This document shows positions 1 through 13,509 of a DNA stretch of 64,000 nt, one piece after another. The notes under the pieces were generated by a model, which did not search any database, was not told where the DNA came from, and saw nothing but the letters and a program-made list of their open reading frames with translations. Within the stretch, counting starts at the first letter, position 1. Every line of letters starts with the position of its first letter. Made by a program: the position numbers and the translations under genes. Origin of the DNA: Camelus dromedarius (Eukaryota); the NCBI RefSeq assembly GCF_036321535.1, contig NC_087437.1, positions 52,764,001-52,828,000 of the forward strand, in the 5' to 3' direction.

Positions 1-779
1 ATCTCCGTTCAGATATTTACTTTTCTAAGTCCTAGATATGTCCTTGAATCTCAGTTTCCTCATCTGTAAACAGGGGTAATAAGATGTAGTGATCTTTATT
101 AGTTTGTATTTTTTTTGCCATAACAAATATATACAAGTACAATTATAGGAAATGTTTTAGAAATTATGTTCAATGTTTTAGAAACCATAACTTTGCCTTA
201 AATGAGGCTACAATGACCAACTAAAAAAGTTGTATCATCTTGTTTTTTGCCTGTAACAATATCAACTTAATTGGAATCATCCTGCTATATTAAAAAAATA
301 CCTGATTGGCAGTTATGTATCTCTGATTTAAAAATTGAAAAACAAGTTACTTAATATATCTTATTAAGTATTTGATAGGGTAAGAAAAATGTTTACAGTA
401 TGAGTTCCATAATGGAAAAACAATGAAAATTTAAAGCTGCTTTTGCTCTGTGTAAATCCAATCTTCCTCCAAGGCCTGGGATAAACCCTACCTTACCCAT
501 GAGATATTCTTAACTAACGTCCTTTTTAATCATGTCTTGCATTATTTTCTTGTGCATTTTGTACATTTACATTTTGTGTCCATAAGAAGATAATAAGCCA
601 CTTATATTTATCCCCCAAAACCTAGGGACAGACCCAAAGTAGGTGCTCAGTTAGTGAGCAGTGACCATAGATAGCATAGTGCACAAACGAGCCCTCAATA
701 CTCAATGTGCATGATGTTGGTGAGTTTATGTTTGTAAAAAAGGAATAGAACATTTAAAGAGAATAGACATTCTACATAT

Positions 780-3700
780 ATTTAGCTTTCCAGTCCATGA
801 ACATACTATGTTGCTCTATTTAGTTTTTCTTTGATTTTTTTATTAGCATTTTATAATAATAATTATTCATTTTTATTTAATCCCATTATAGTAAAAAAAA
901 TCTTGTTATGATTTCAGTTCTTTTATGATAGTTGGTGGTGTCTGTAAGTTGTATATTCTTGCTGGTTTTCTATCTACTTGTTCTCTAGGTTACTGAGAGA
1001 GAAATACTGAAGGCTCCAACTATAATTGTGGATTTGCCCACAACTTTCAATTCTGTCAGTTTCAGCTTCTTTCATTTTGAAGCTCTGTTGTTAAGTCCAT
1101 ACACCTTTAAGACTATTTTGTCTTCTTAATGAATTGACCCTTTTATCCTTACGTAAAATCTCTCCTTATTCCTGGTTAAGTTTTCTTGCTTTGAAATCTA
1201 TTTTGTTTTATTAGTAAAGCTACTCCAGTTTTCTTTTGATTATGTTTGCCTGGCACACCTTTTTCTATCATTTTACTTTTTACCTGTTCATTATTATTTT
1301 ACTTTAAGTTTCTTGTACACAGCATATAGCTAGTTGGGTCTTGTTATTTTATTCAATCTGACAATTCTGTCTTTTAATGAATGTGCTTAGACTATTTACA
1401 TATTGTATAATTATTAATATATTTGAATTTAGGTCTACCATTTTACTACTAATTTTCTGTTTGTGGCCTCTTTTGCTCTGTTTCCTCTTTCCTACCTTTT
1501 CTTTTTGGATTATTATTTTTTTTAAATGATTTTTGGCCACATCGCTTCATATGGTCTTTTTTAGTAGTTGCTCTAGGGATTACAATATACACACTTAACT
1601 TTTCACAATATTTTTAGAATTAATATTAACTATTTCAAGCCGAATGGAGAAACCTCACCACCACGTAAGTCTCTACCTTTCCCACTTTACAATGTAGTTG
1701 TCATAGGTAATACATTTACATATGATGAAAACCACACTCAACAATATTACAATTTTTGCTTCCAACTATCATACATGATTTAACAAAGTTAAGGGGAGAA
1801 AACAGTCTACTGTATTACCCAGACTTGCCATTTCTATAATTTTTTCTCCATTCCTGAAATTTCACATTTCCATCTAGAATCATCTCCTTTATACTTGAAG
1901 AATTTACTTTAGCATTTCTTTTAGAGAAGGTCTGATGGCAACACATTTTCTTATTTTTCTTTCACTAGTAATTTCACCTTTATTCCTGAAGGTATTTTCA
2001 CTGGATATAGAATTTTAGGTTGATAGTTCTTTTCTTTCACATAGTAAAGTCTTTGTTCCAGTGGCTTCTGATCTACATGGTTTCTAATGAGAAACCTCAA
2101 GTTATTCTGATCATTATTCTCCTATATGATATGCATTGTTTTTCTCTAAGAGCTTTCAAGATTTTTAATTTGTGTTTGGTTTTCAGTAGTTTGATTATAA
2201 TACATCTGAGCATGTATGTCTTTGAGTTTTACCCTTTGGGGTTGATAGAGTTTCTTGAATCTGTACATTTATGCTTTTCACCAAATTTGTGAAGTTTTCA
2301 GCCATTGTTTCCTCAAATTTACTTTTGCAACACACTCACTCCTCTCCTGAGATTCCAGTGACACAAATGTTAGATGTTTTTGTATTGTCCCACAGGTTCC
2401 CTGAGCCTCTATTCATTTACAAACACATCCCCAATGTTTTGTTTCTCTGTTGTTCAGATTGCATAATTTTTATTGATCAATCTTCAAGTTCATGGACTCT
2501 TTCTCTGTCATCTCCATTTTATGACTGAACTCAACTAACTATATGATTTTTTAAAAAATTTTTGGTTATTGTATTTTTCAGTTCTAAAATTTCCATTTGG
2601 TTCATTTTATAGCCTCTATTTCTCTACTGCAACTTTCCCTTTTTCCATTTATTTTAGTAATGTTCATCTTACTTCTTGGAGCATGGTTATAATAGTTGCT
2701 TAAAATCATTTGATCCCTATAATATCTAAATCATCTCAGAGTTGGCTTCCCTTAGTTGTCTTTTCCCAGATAATTGTTGAGATTTTTCTGGTTTTCCTAT
2801 TTTGAATAATCTTGGATTGTATCCTAGACATTTTGAATATTGTGTTTTGAAACTGTATTTTGTTTAAATCCTATGGAGAATTTTTATATTTTAATTTACA
2901 TTATGTTATGTTATTTTATTTTATTTTATTTTATTTAGCAGACAGTCAACCTGTTTAGCTCAGGTTACAAGTTTCAACCCACCTTCTGTGTTTCAATGTA
3001 AGTTTATCTTTTAAGTTTTTGCAGTGCTATTTGGATCAATCCCTTATATGCACCACCCGGGGACTAGTCGTGTTCCTAAGCAGTGGTCAGCCTCATGATT
3101 CACTTCTCGTAGCATTGCTATTCTATTGAAGGTCAGATTGATGGATCCACAACTTGGGTGTAAGCCAAGGAGTTCATGCAGAACTTTTGTTGAACTCTCT
3201 CCTCTCTACAATCTCTATATTCTCCAGCTCTCAGAGACCCCTCTTTCTGTACCCTGGCTATAAAGTTGATGCTTTGTTCTCCTTGTTCTGCTATGCACTT
3301 CCCTTGGCTGGGTTTACCTCTGGGGCTAAGGAATGGGATGATACATATAGGAAAAAGCAACAGGAATTCCTGCATGCTGTCTCTCTTCAGACCATAGTTC
3401 CTCTAAAGAGAGAGAGGTATTCCCTTATCTCAGATTGTAGGTGTCCACTGCCTTACTACCACCACCACAGGATTGCAACTCCAGACTTGCCTTGCTTGCC
3501 TGAGGGCTTTGACAGAAGGGAAAGAAAAGAAAAAGGATGTTTCCTTCACTCTCTCTGACCTGTAGAGGTTCTAATTCCATTCCTTGAACCTGAAAGAGAA
3601 GGATTCTCTTGGAGCACTTTGTCTATACCTGGTGCACCGATCTGGGATTTGGGCTCCCTTTGAGTTCAGGCTGGTAGATATGGGAGAGAAAAACCAGGAA

Positions 3701-3790
3701 ACTTATTGCTAGATTCGTAATACTTTTGAGTCCTGGTTTCCTTCTCCAAGGAACGGGAATGATATCTGCTGTCATTCACTTTTCAGAGCC
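780..3790 (-). mobile_element. Old L1 (L1M-type) 5' part, ORF1 and start of ORF2
   Basis: T-rich antisense L1 text; ORF 1349..1540 resembles the ORF2 start (MVDLNSNILIII..VNSL). Confidence 0.8.
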
Positions 3791-3794
3791 TTCA

Positions 3795-6700
3795 GACTGT
3801 CCAACTTTGTTCTTCTTTATCAAGATTATATTGACTATTCTAGGTTCTTTGTATTTCCATATCAATTTTAGGATCAAGTTTTTAATTTCTATTTAAAAAA
3901 AAAAAACCCTTTCTGACGGAGAATTGACATCTTAGCAACCTTTATTCTTCCAATCCATGAACATGGCATATTTTTGCATTTATTTAAGGCCCTCTTTGAC
4001 TTCTCTAAGCAGTGGTTTGTAGATATTAGTGTAAATGTCTTGCACATATTTTGTAAAGCTTATTCATAAATATGCTTTAAGGCTTGGATGCTATTGTAAA
4101 TGATATTTTTGAAATTTAATTTTCTGTTTTTTCATTGCTACTGTATAGAAATACAATTGATTTTCACATACTGCCCTTGTTTCCTAAAACTTGCTAAGTT
4201 CACATGTTAAATAAGATAGGTTTTTGAAGATTCCTTAAGATTTTTTACTAGTACAATCATGTAATCTGTCCATAAAGACAGTTTTGTTTCTTTCTTAATA
4301 TATATATATATATTTTTTTTCATTTCTTTTTTCCCTCTCATTTCATTGGCTGGAACCTACCAAAAAATGTTGAATAGAAGTGATGTGAATGGAAAACCAA
4401 CCTTGCTTTGATCTTGGTATTAGGGGAAAAGCATTTAGTCCTTTACCGTTAAGTATGGTTTTAGAGGTCTTTTATCTGGTCGAAGAATTTTTTTCTCTAT
4501 TCCTAGTTTGCTCAGAATTTTTATCATGAATGGGTACTGAATTTTGTCAAATTGCTTTTCTGCATCTACTGAGATGGTCATTAAGCTTTTCTCCTTTTTT
4601 CCTCTGTTAATGTGGTGAGTAACATCAATTGATTTTTGAATGTTAATTCAAACTTTCATGTCTCTGAAAACTTTATTTAGGTGTGTTGCAACATACTTTT
4701 TACATATTATTGGATTAAATTTGTTATTATTCTAGTATACATCTTGCACTTATATTCATGAGGAATATTTACTCTGCAATTTTCTTTTCTTTTAATGCCT
4801 TTTTTCTGGTTTTGATATCAGGGTAATGTTTTCATAATAGGATTTGAAAAGTGTTTCCTTCTCTATTTTCCAAAAAACATTTGTATAAAATTGGTATGAC
4901 GTCTTCCCCAAGATGTTTGATATCTTGAAATTTACTAGTGACACTAACACTTACAAGGTCTGGAGAGTTTTTCTCATGGAAAGATTTTTAATTAAAAATT
5001 CATTTAAAAAGTAGTGTCTTTTAAAGAATTAGTCATCTATAGAGTCAAATTTCTTTGCATAAAATTCTTAAAAATATTATTTTATTAATCTTTTTAATGT
5101 CTGTGTGCTCTGTAGTGATGTTTCTTCATTCACTTTTTTATATTAATAATATGTATTCTCTCTTTTTTCTTTTGGTCAGTATAGCTAGGGTTTGGGAATT
5201 TTATTAATCTATACGAATACTAAACTTTTAGTTTAATTTATTTTCTCTATTATCGAATTTTTGTTTCATTTGTTTTAGCTTTTTTTTTTTTTTTCTTCTA
5301 CTTATTTTGGATTTAGTTTGCTTATTTTTTCTAACTTCTTACCATGGAAGCTTAAATTACTGATTTTAAGTAATTTGTTCTTTAGTAAAAATTACTTAAT
5401 TTTTAAACTTCCCCCTCATCACTGCTTTAGCTGAATCCCACAAATTTTGATATGATGTACCTTTATTATCATTCAGTTTGAGATTTTGTATTTTTTCTTT
5501 GATCCATGGTTAAGTAAGCATGTTGTTTAATTTCCAAATACTTGGAGATATTCTAGATATCTTTTTGTAATTTAATTCCATTTTAGTTAAATTGCAGTCA
5601 GAGAACATAGTCTATATCATTTTAACTTTAAAAATTTATTGTGCCTTATACTATAGCTCATTTGTGATGAATATTTCATGTGCACATGGGAAGAATGGGT
5701 TCTGCAATTGTTCAGTGTAGTATTCTATAAATGTCAAAAGATTGAGCTGGTTGATAGTATTATTTAAATTTTAGTCTTACTGATTCTCTGTGTATTTGTT
5801 CTATTAGTTAAATAAGAGAGAACTGTTAAGACATTCAAATATAATTATGAACTTACATTTTTTCTTTTGGTTCTACCAGTTTTTGGTGTAAGTTGAAGGG
5901 CTGTTGTTAACTACACACACATTCTGATTATGTCTTCTTCATGGAGTGATCCTTTTATCATTATAAAATTTCCCTTTTTATGTCTGGTAATCTCCCTGTC
6001 TGGAAGTCAGTTGTTTGATATTAAGATAGCCATTCCAGCTTTCATAAGAATATGTTTGCATAAGATTATTGATATTTGCATAAATTTCCATGTGATTAGT
6101 GTTTGCATAGTGTATTTTTTTTGTTCTTATACTTTTAATCTCTCTGGGTCATTTATTCAATGAGAATCTCTTAGGCAGCATATACTTGGTTCTTGCTTTT
6201 TAAAAATTCTACTTTGACAACCCTTGTCATTTAATAGAATATTTAATCAATTTACATTTAATGTGAATTTAGATATGGCTAGTTTTAAGTCCACCATCTT
6301 GCTATTTGTTTTCTGTTTCTTTTTTATGTTATTTATTTTGTCCTCCTCCTTCCCTGCCTTCTTTTGGATTATTTGAGTGTTTTCCAATATTCAACTTTAT
6401 TATTGGCTTGTTAGCTATACATATTCTTTGTTTTATATTGTTAGTGGTTACTCTAGGATTTACAGTGTTCATCTTTAATTCATCATACTCTACTGTCAAA
6501 TGATACAAATTCACATATAATTTAAGAAATTTATAATAGTATATTTTCATTCCCCTCCATCCTTTGCACTGTTGTTTACATTTTACTTCTACATGCATCA
6601 TAAACCCTGCAAAATGTTATTTTGTTTTTTCAAATAACGATCTTTTAAAGAAATTAATAAATTAAGATAATCGCCTTTTACATTTACTTCCATATTTACC

Positions 6701-7793
6701 ATTTCTAGTACTCTTAATTTTTTATTCCGTCATTTACTCATGCTTCCACCTGGCATTTTCTTTCAGCCTGGACTCTACTAAAATCTTCTTAAAGAGCATG
6801 CCTACTGGCAATGAATTCTCTGAGCTTTATTGGAAATGCCTGTATTTCACCTTCACTTTTGAAGGATATTTTTGCTTGATAAAGATTCTGGTTTGACAGA
6901 GTATATTTTTTTTCACAGCACTTCAAGTGATTGTTACATTGTGTTCTGGCTTGCATTATTTCTGAAAAGAAGCAAGGAGGTATATTTATCATTATTCCCC
7001 TATGTATATATGTTTTTCCCATCTGGCTGCTTTTAAGATTTTTTTTCATTGGTTTTAAGAAATTTGATAATGATACTCTTCAGTGTGCTTTCTTTTTTTA
7101 TCCTTCTTGGAATTCTTTGAGCTTCTTGGGTCTGTGAGTTTATATCTTGGAAAATTTGAAAAAAAATTGACCATTATTCATGTGCCCTATTGCAACCATT
7201 ATTCAGATGTTTTTCTGCCTCTCTCTCTCCTATCTTTCCTTCTGGTACATGAATTTCACAGGTAGTAGATGGCCTGATATTCTCCAATAGATCACTAAGA
7301 CTTTGTTAACAATTTTCTAGTCTTTTTTCCTCTGTGTGCTTCAGTTGGATAGTGTCTATTGCCATATCTTCAAGTGCTCTGTTCTTTCTTCTCTGTGCCT
7401 CTGACTGCTGTTTAACTTATCCACTGAAATTTTCAATTCATATATTTTATTTTTTAGTTCCAGAATTTTTATTCAGTTATTTTCTGCACTTTCCATTTTC
7501 TATTGAGATTTTCTAATTGTTACTTTGTTGTGTTAATCTGTTCCTTAAAATAGTTGCTGTTGTAATAGTTTAGTAAATATAATAAAACAGTTTATAGTAC
7601 TGTTTTAAAGTTCTTGTTGATAATAACATCATTTCCATCATTTTGGGGTATACCTATTGATTAATTTTTCTTTGGGTTACAGATCATACTTTTCCTGCTT
7701 CTTCACACATCTAGTAATTATATACTGGATATTATGCATGCTACATTGCTGAGTGCCCAGATGTTTTTTTTTAAACTTCCGTAATAGTTTGGG

Positions 7794-7824
<31 letters not shown>

Positions 7825-8450
7825 GGTCAGGGAGTTAATTTGCTTGAGAATTAGCTTAACAATTTTGAGACTTGTTTTTAAGCTTTGTTAGGGTGGGCGT
7901 ATAGGAACCTTCACTCTGGGGCTAGATTAGTCCTTCTTCTAAGATGGGATCTATTAAGGCATCATTTTCTATAAAATATTTTCACTCTGATTGGTTTAAA
8001 TTTGAAAATCTCCTAGGTCTGTATGAATTCAGTAATTATTTAGCTCACAGCTACCTGAAGCTATTCTTTCTCCAGCTGTTTCCCTGTCCTCTTGGAGTCT
8101 TGTCCTGTGCATGCACAGTTTAGTATTTGGCCAAAAGCTCAAGAGCATTCCTATACAGATTTCTGGAGCAGTTTTGGCATCACTCCTTTGCCTCTGGTCC
8201 TTTCCCCCACAAATTCCAGATAACTAAGTAGCCCTGAGCTCTGATTTCTGTCTTATGTCAGAGAAACTGCTGTGCTCTGTCTAGGATACCCTTCCTTACA
8301 CCACAGTCCAGAAATTACCTCCAGGTATAAAAGCAGGCCATATGGGGCTCACCTTTTTTTTTTTCCTTCTCTCTTAAGCAACATCTGAAAACAGTTATTT
8401 CATGTATTTTGTTCAGTTTTGTAGTTGTTTACAGTGAGGGTACTGGTTGA
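3795..8450 (-). mobile_element. Old L1, ORF2 body through ORF1 and 5' region
   Basis: Antisense L1 ORF2 motifs (ttccaatccatgaacatgg, gttgaatagaagtg, aggggaaaagcatt); ORF 6789..7049 resembles the ORF1 C-terminus. Confidence 0.85.
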
Positions 8451-11400
8451 ATATCAATTTTTGTCATAAATCTTTACAATATAAGAGTAAACATAAATCC
8501 TTGCCTCTAAGCTGATTGTATATTTTTAATTTTGAGAGGTAACGGAAATGTTCTAAGTCATGATTTGTGTACTAAAAATTGGTAAATTGTATTGTATGTA
8601 AATTATACCTCAGTAAAACTTATTAAAAGACAAAATAGAGACTTTTGAGCCAAAGTAATACTATTAAGTATTTCAGGCACATGAACAAGTATAGAGAATA
8701 ATATAGGAAATGCCCTTATGGTTATCATTCAGAATATAAAATAAGACAATACAAATGCAGGCAGAAGTGTCTTGTGTATCCTTCCCTCCCTTGCAGAGTT
8801 AACCACTATCTTGAACATTGTGTTTATTATCCTCATGTTTTTTTTTTTATCATTTAACTTCATACACAAACACACATACGTATCGTTTAACTCTGTATCT
8901 TAACAAATATGTTATTGTTTTCACTGCTTTTAAACTTGACATAATCATTTCATCCATCTAGCTGTTTTTAAATGATGCGATAATAAATAGGCAAACCCAC
9001 AAACATAATTATATTTATGTAACACCTAGCCTTGGGCCTGTCAGAAATGCATAAAGTTTACCAGACTCTATATTTTGAACCAACTACTCTTCCCTTGGGA
9101 GAGAAAGCCACAGAAATCACTGTCATTTATTCCTCTGCCCAGGGGAAAAAAATCAGTGAACACTCACTCTTGGCAAGTGGCATGAAAGGCAATTTGCAAG
9201 CCTGGACCTGTTCCAACAGCTGTAGTAAAGACTTGTGTATTGAGGGGTGACGAGGGTTTGGCGCTCCCATTGCCCTGAGTCAGCGGGCCTCCTGGTGCCT
9301 CGTGTCAGCAGTTTCTGGATAAAGAGCCACTCTCTGGACACCCTCCTGCTTTCTGCTGGATGGCGGTGAGTGTCTCAGGAAAACTGATTCCAGTGCTCAG
9401 ATCCAGGCTGGACCATTAACTCTGTGAATATTAATAATCCCTTAGTAAGGGTCAGTAACATCTGTAATTCCTTCCCTATGTGACTCCTTTTTATAAGGTT
9501 CAGCTCACATGCCATACCTCCAAGGCACAGGCTCAAATGGCATCTCCTTCCTCACGCCAGCCCTGATTCCTCCAATTCAAAATGATGGCTGCTTCTTTTG
9601 GCTTTATCTGTGCCTCTTTTATTGTTTTCTATATGTGCTGTATTTATTTCAGTACCTGTCTTATTTCCTTGGTGAAAGTCAGAGATGTGCATATGCCAAT
9701 TTCTCTTTATATCCATCCACTTGCCCTACCTCTTACCCTTACTCTCAGTGCTTAGTGAAACATTTAACACAATAACTGTTTATTGAATGAATGAGTTTAA
9801 CACATACTAATTTTTGTTTCATTTTATCACACCATTAAAACAACAGAAACACATTGCTCATGAAAAGACTCTGTATACAAAGTAACAATTGTATTCTCTA
9901 GTTTAATCTATAATTCCATACTTTTGGTTCAAGTAACTCCTGAAAGACAAGCCAATCCCTGCAATCACTCCAAGACCACAGCTCATAAACACAGCCAGAT
10001 TCTCCAGAATAAGTTTTATTTTCTCATAACCTTTGCTTATTCTGAGTTTCATTTTCTTTTTCATTGTTCTTTTGAGCTATAACAAGCCCCCCGGCTCTGT
10101 CCGTTTCTTTATTTCCCAACAGGTCAGTTTTGATCACTAGTAGGATGGTTAAATTTCCTGAAATGCCACACAGCTGAGCCAAAACTTCTAAACAGAAACA
10201 AGAAGGACATCAAACAGAAGAGCCTGTTTTCAAAGTTCCCAGACCGCATGAAATTCAGAAGCATTAACTAACCTCTTTGAAGGTTAAGGAAAAATATAAT
10301 CATAAAAAGTTATGAGAAACTTGTCTACATTAGCACACAACCACACACACACACTTTTTTGTGCATTTCTTTTTTCTTTTTACTTCAATCCAAGCATAAT
10401 AAATTTCTGTATCATTCAGTGAAATCAGTTCTTTCAGCTGGAATGTGTGGAATTCCCATTAGTAAGTAAGTAAGAGTGGAAAAGAATTAATTTGTTTATA
10501 ATTTTTTATAAAAGGTATTTTTGTCAAAATAATTTAAAAATCACATGACACTTAAAAAGTTATAAATAAAAAACAAGTCTCTCCTCTCTTCCTCTCTCAG
10601 TTCTTTTCTCAGAGACAAGCACCAACACCCATTCCACCTTTTCTTCTAGTATTTCTAGAATCTACCTCTGTTTCTAAATATTATGCTTATATTATTATTC
10701 CTTGTATTATTATTATTATCTCTTACATTATTATTTCTTATATTTCTTACATATCCACCAGTGAACACATCTAGGTCTGGTGCAGTTTTGGAATGTTATT
10801 CATTAGTGATTCAGTTTCTTTAATAGATACAGTCCTATTCAAATTGTCTATTTCTTATGTAAGTTTTAGCAGATTGTGTCTTTCAAGGAATTGGTCCATT
10901 TCATCCAGGTTATCAAATGTGGGTGTAGAGTTGTTCATAGTATTCCTTGATTATCCTTTTTAATGCCCATGGGATCTGAGATGATGTTTCTTCTTTTATT
11001 TATATTAGTAATTTATGTCCTTTCACTTTTTTTAGTTAGCCTTGCTAGAGGTTTAGCAATAATACCGATCTTTTCAAAGAACCAGCTTTTGTGTTTATTG
11101 ATTTTCTCTATTTCCTGTTTTTAATTTTATTGGTTTCTAATCTAATTTTTATTATTTTTTTCCTGCTTACTTTGGATTTAATTTGTTCTCCTTTTCCTAA
11201 TTTCCTAATTTTGAAGATTTTAGACCTTCATCTTTTCTAATATTAGCATTCAATGCTATAAATTTCCCTCTAAGCAAGCACACTTCCATCCCACAATTTT
11301 CATTTAATTCAAAATATTTAAAAATTTCTCGAGATTTTTCTCATTGTCTTGTGTGTTATTTAGAAGTGTGTTTAGTCTTCAATTATTTGGGGATTTTTCC

Positions 11401-11758
11401 AGCTGCCTTTCCATTACTGACTTCTAGTTTAATTCCATTGTGATCTGAAAGCAAGTATTGTATGGTTTCTATTTTCTATTTTTTTAATTTAGTTTTTACT
11501 TTATGGCCCAGAATGTTATCTAGGTATTTCATGTGAACTTGTGAAAAATGTGTATTCTGCTGTTGGTGATAATGATGCAATCTATAGACATCCATTATAT
11601 CCAGTTGATTGATGGTGTTCAATTCAGCTATGCCCTTACCAATTTTCTGCCTGCTGGACCTGTTTGTTTCTGATAGAGGGGAGTTAAGGTCTCTGTCCAA
11701 ACTAGTACATTCATTTATTTCTTTTTGCAATTCTATCAGGTTTTGCTACACATATTTT

Positions 11759-11880
11759 TTTAACATTTTTTTTTATTGATTTATAATCATTTTACAGTGT
11801 TGTGCCAAATCCCAGTGTAGAGAACAATTTTTCAGATATACATGAACATATATATATTCATTGTAACATTTTTTTCTCTG
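11759..11880 (-). mobile_element. Younger, heavily 5'-truncated L1 3' end nested in old L1
   Basis: Perfect 15-bp TSD TGCTACACATATTTT (11744-58 and 11881-95); A-rich tail and AATAAA on the minus strand. Confidence 0.8.
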
Positions 11881-13152
11881 TGCTACACATATTTTGATGC
11901 TTCTGTTGTTAGGTGCATGATTCTTATATCTTCTTAAAGAATTGATCCCTTTATCATGCAATGCCTCTTTTTATCCCTGATGATTTTCCTTGCTCTGAAA
12001 TCTGCTGTCTGAACTTAATAGTGTACTCCTGCTTTCTTGTCATTAGTATTAACATGGAATATCTTTCTTCATCCATTTACTTTTAATTTATAAGTGTCTT
12101 TATCTTTAAGGTGGATTTATTGTAGACAACAAATAATTGGGTTGTTTTTTGATCCACTTTGACAATCTGTCTTTTAATTTGTATATTTATACCATTGACA
12201 TTCAAAGTGATTAAGGATTTAGTTGGATTAATATCTACCATATTTGTTACTATTTTTTATATATTACACTTGTTCTTTGTTCCTATTTTTATCTTCCATT
12301 GTGTTTCTGCTTTTAGTGGTTTTAACTGAACATTCTGTATTTCCATTTTCTCTCCTTTCTTAGCATATCAGTTATATTTCTATTTAAAAAAATTTTTTTT
12401 ACTGGTTGTCCTAGAGATTGCATTATTCATTAACAGTCAATCCAAGTCCACTTTCAAACAATTCTACACTGCTTCACCAGTAGTGAGTACTTTTTAATAA
12501 CAAAGTAATTCTAATTCCTCGCTCACATCCCGTGTATCATTGCTGTCATTCATTTCATTTATATATAAGCATTTGTAAATATACATATACATAAAAACAT
12601 AATCAAATGCATTATTAATCAAATAGCACTGTTGCTGTTATTATTTTGAGCAAACTGTTGTCTGTTAAGTCAGTTAAGAATAAGAAAAAATTTTTTTAAT
12701 TTTACCTTCACTTAATCCTTCTTGATGCTCTTCCTTTTTTTTTAAATGTAGATCTGAGTTTCTAATCTGTATTTTTTCCCTTCTCTTGCAAGAGCTTAAA
12801 ACATTTTCTTACAAGGCAGATGTACTGACAAAAAATTCCCTCAATTTTGTTTGTCTCAGAAAGTCTTTATAGTTCACTTTTGGAGGATTTCACAAGGTAC
12901 AGAATTTTAAATTGGTGGGTTTTCTCCTCTTAACATTTTAAATTCACACAACTCTCTTGCTTTCATGGTTTCTGAGAAGACAGGTGTAATTGTCTTTACT
13001 CCTCTATAGGTAAGATGTGTTTTCCCTCTGGCTACTTTCAGGATTTTTTATCTTCAACTCTCTGTAGTTTGAAAGTGGTAGGCCTTGGTGTTTTGGGGGA
13101 GGCATTTACCCTGTTGGTGTTCTCTGAGTTTCTTGATTCTGCGGTTTGGCAT

Positions 13153-13509
13153 CTTAGTCTGTTCAGGCTGCTATAAAAGAGCACCATAAATTGGGTGTAT
13201 TGTAAAGAACAGAAATTTCTCTCTCACAGTTCTGGAGGCTGGGAAATCCAAGACCAAGACACTGGCAGATGCAGCGTCTGGTGAGGATCCACTTCCTGAT
13301 TCATAGTCATCTTTTCACTGTGTGCTCACATGGTGGAAAGTACAAGGGAGCTCTCTGGTGTCTCTTTTATAAGGGTACTAATCTTGTTTATGAGGGCCCT
13401 GACCTAATGATCTAAATACCTGCCAAAGGCCCTATCTCCAAATAGCATGACATTAGGGATTAAGTTTCAACATATTATTTAGAGGGCAACACAAACATTG
13501 TCTATAGCA
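13153..13509 (-). mobile_element. MaLR LTR (MLT1A-like) inserted in L1
   Basis: tcttagtctgttcaggctgctata...ctcacagttctggaggctgggaaatccaaga hallmark. Confidence 0.85.

Noticed and set aside
180..310. Protein-like reading (GYNDQLKKLYHLVFCL...NWNHPAILKKYLIG) as a pseudo-exon
   Set aside because: Several stops at about chance density and no recognisable family.
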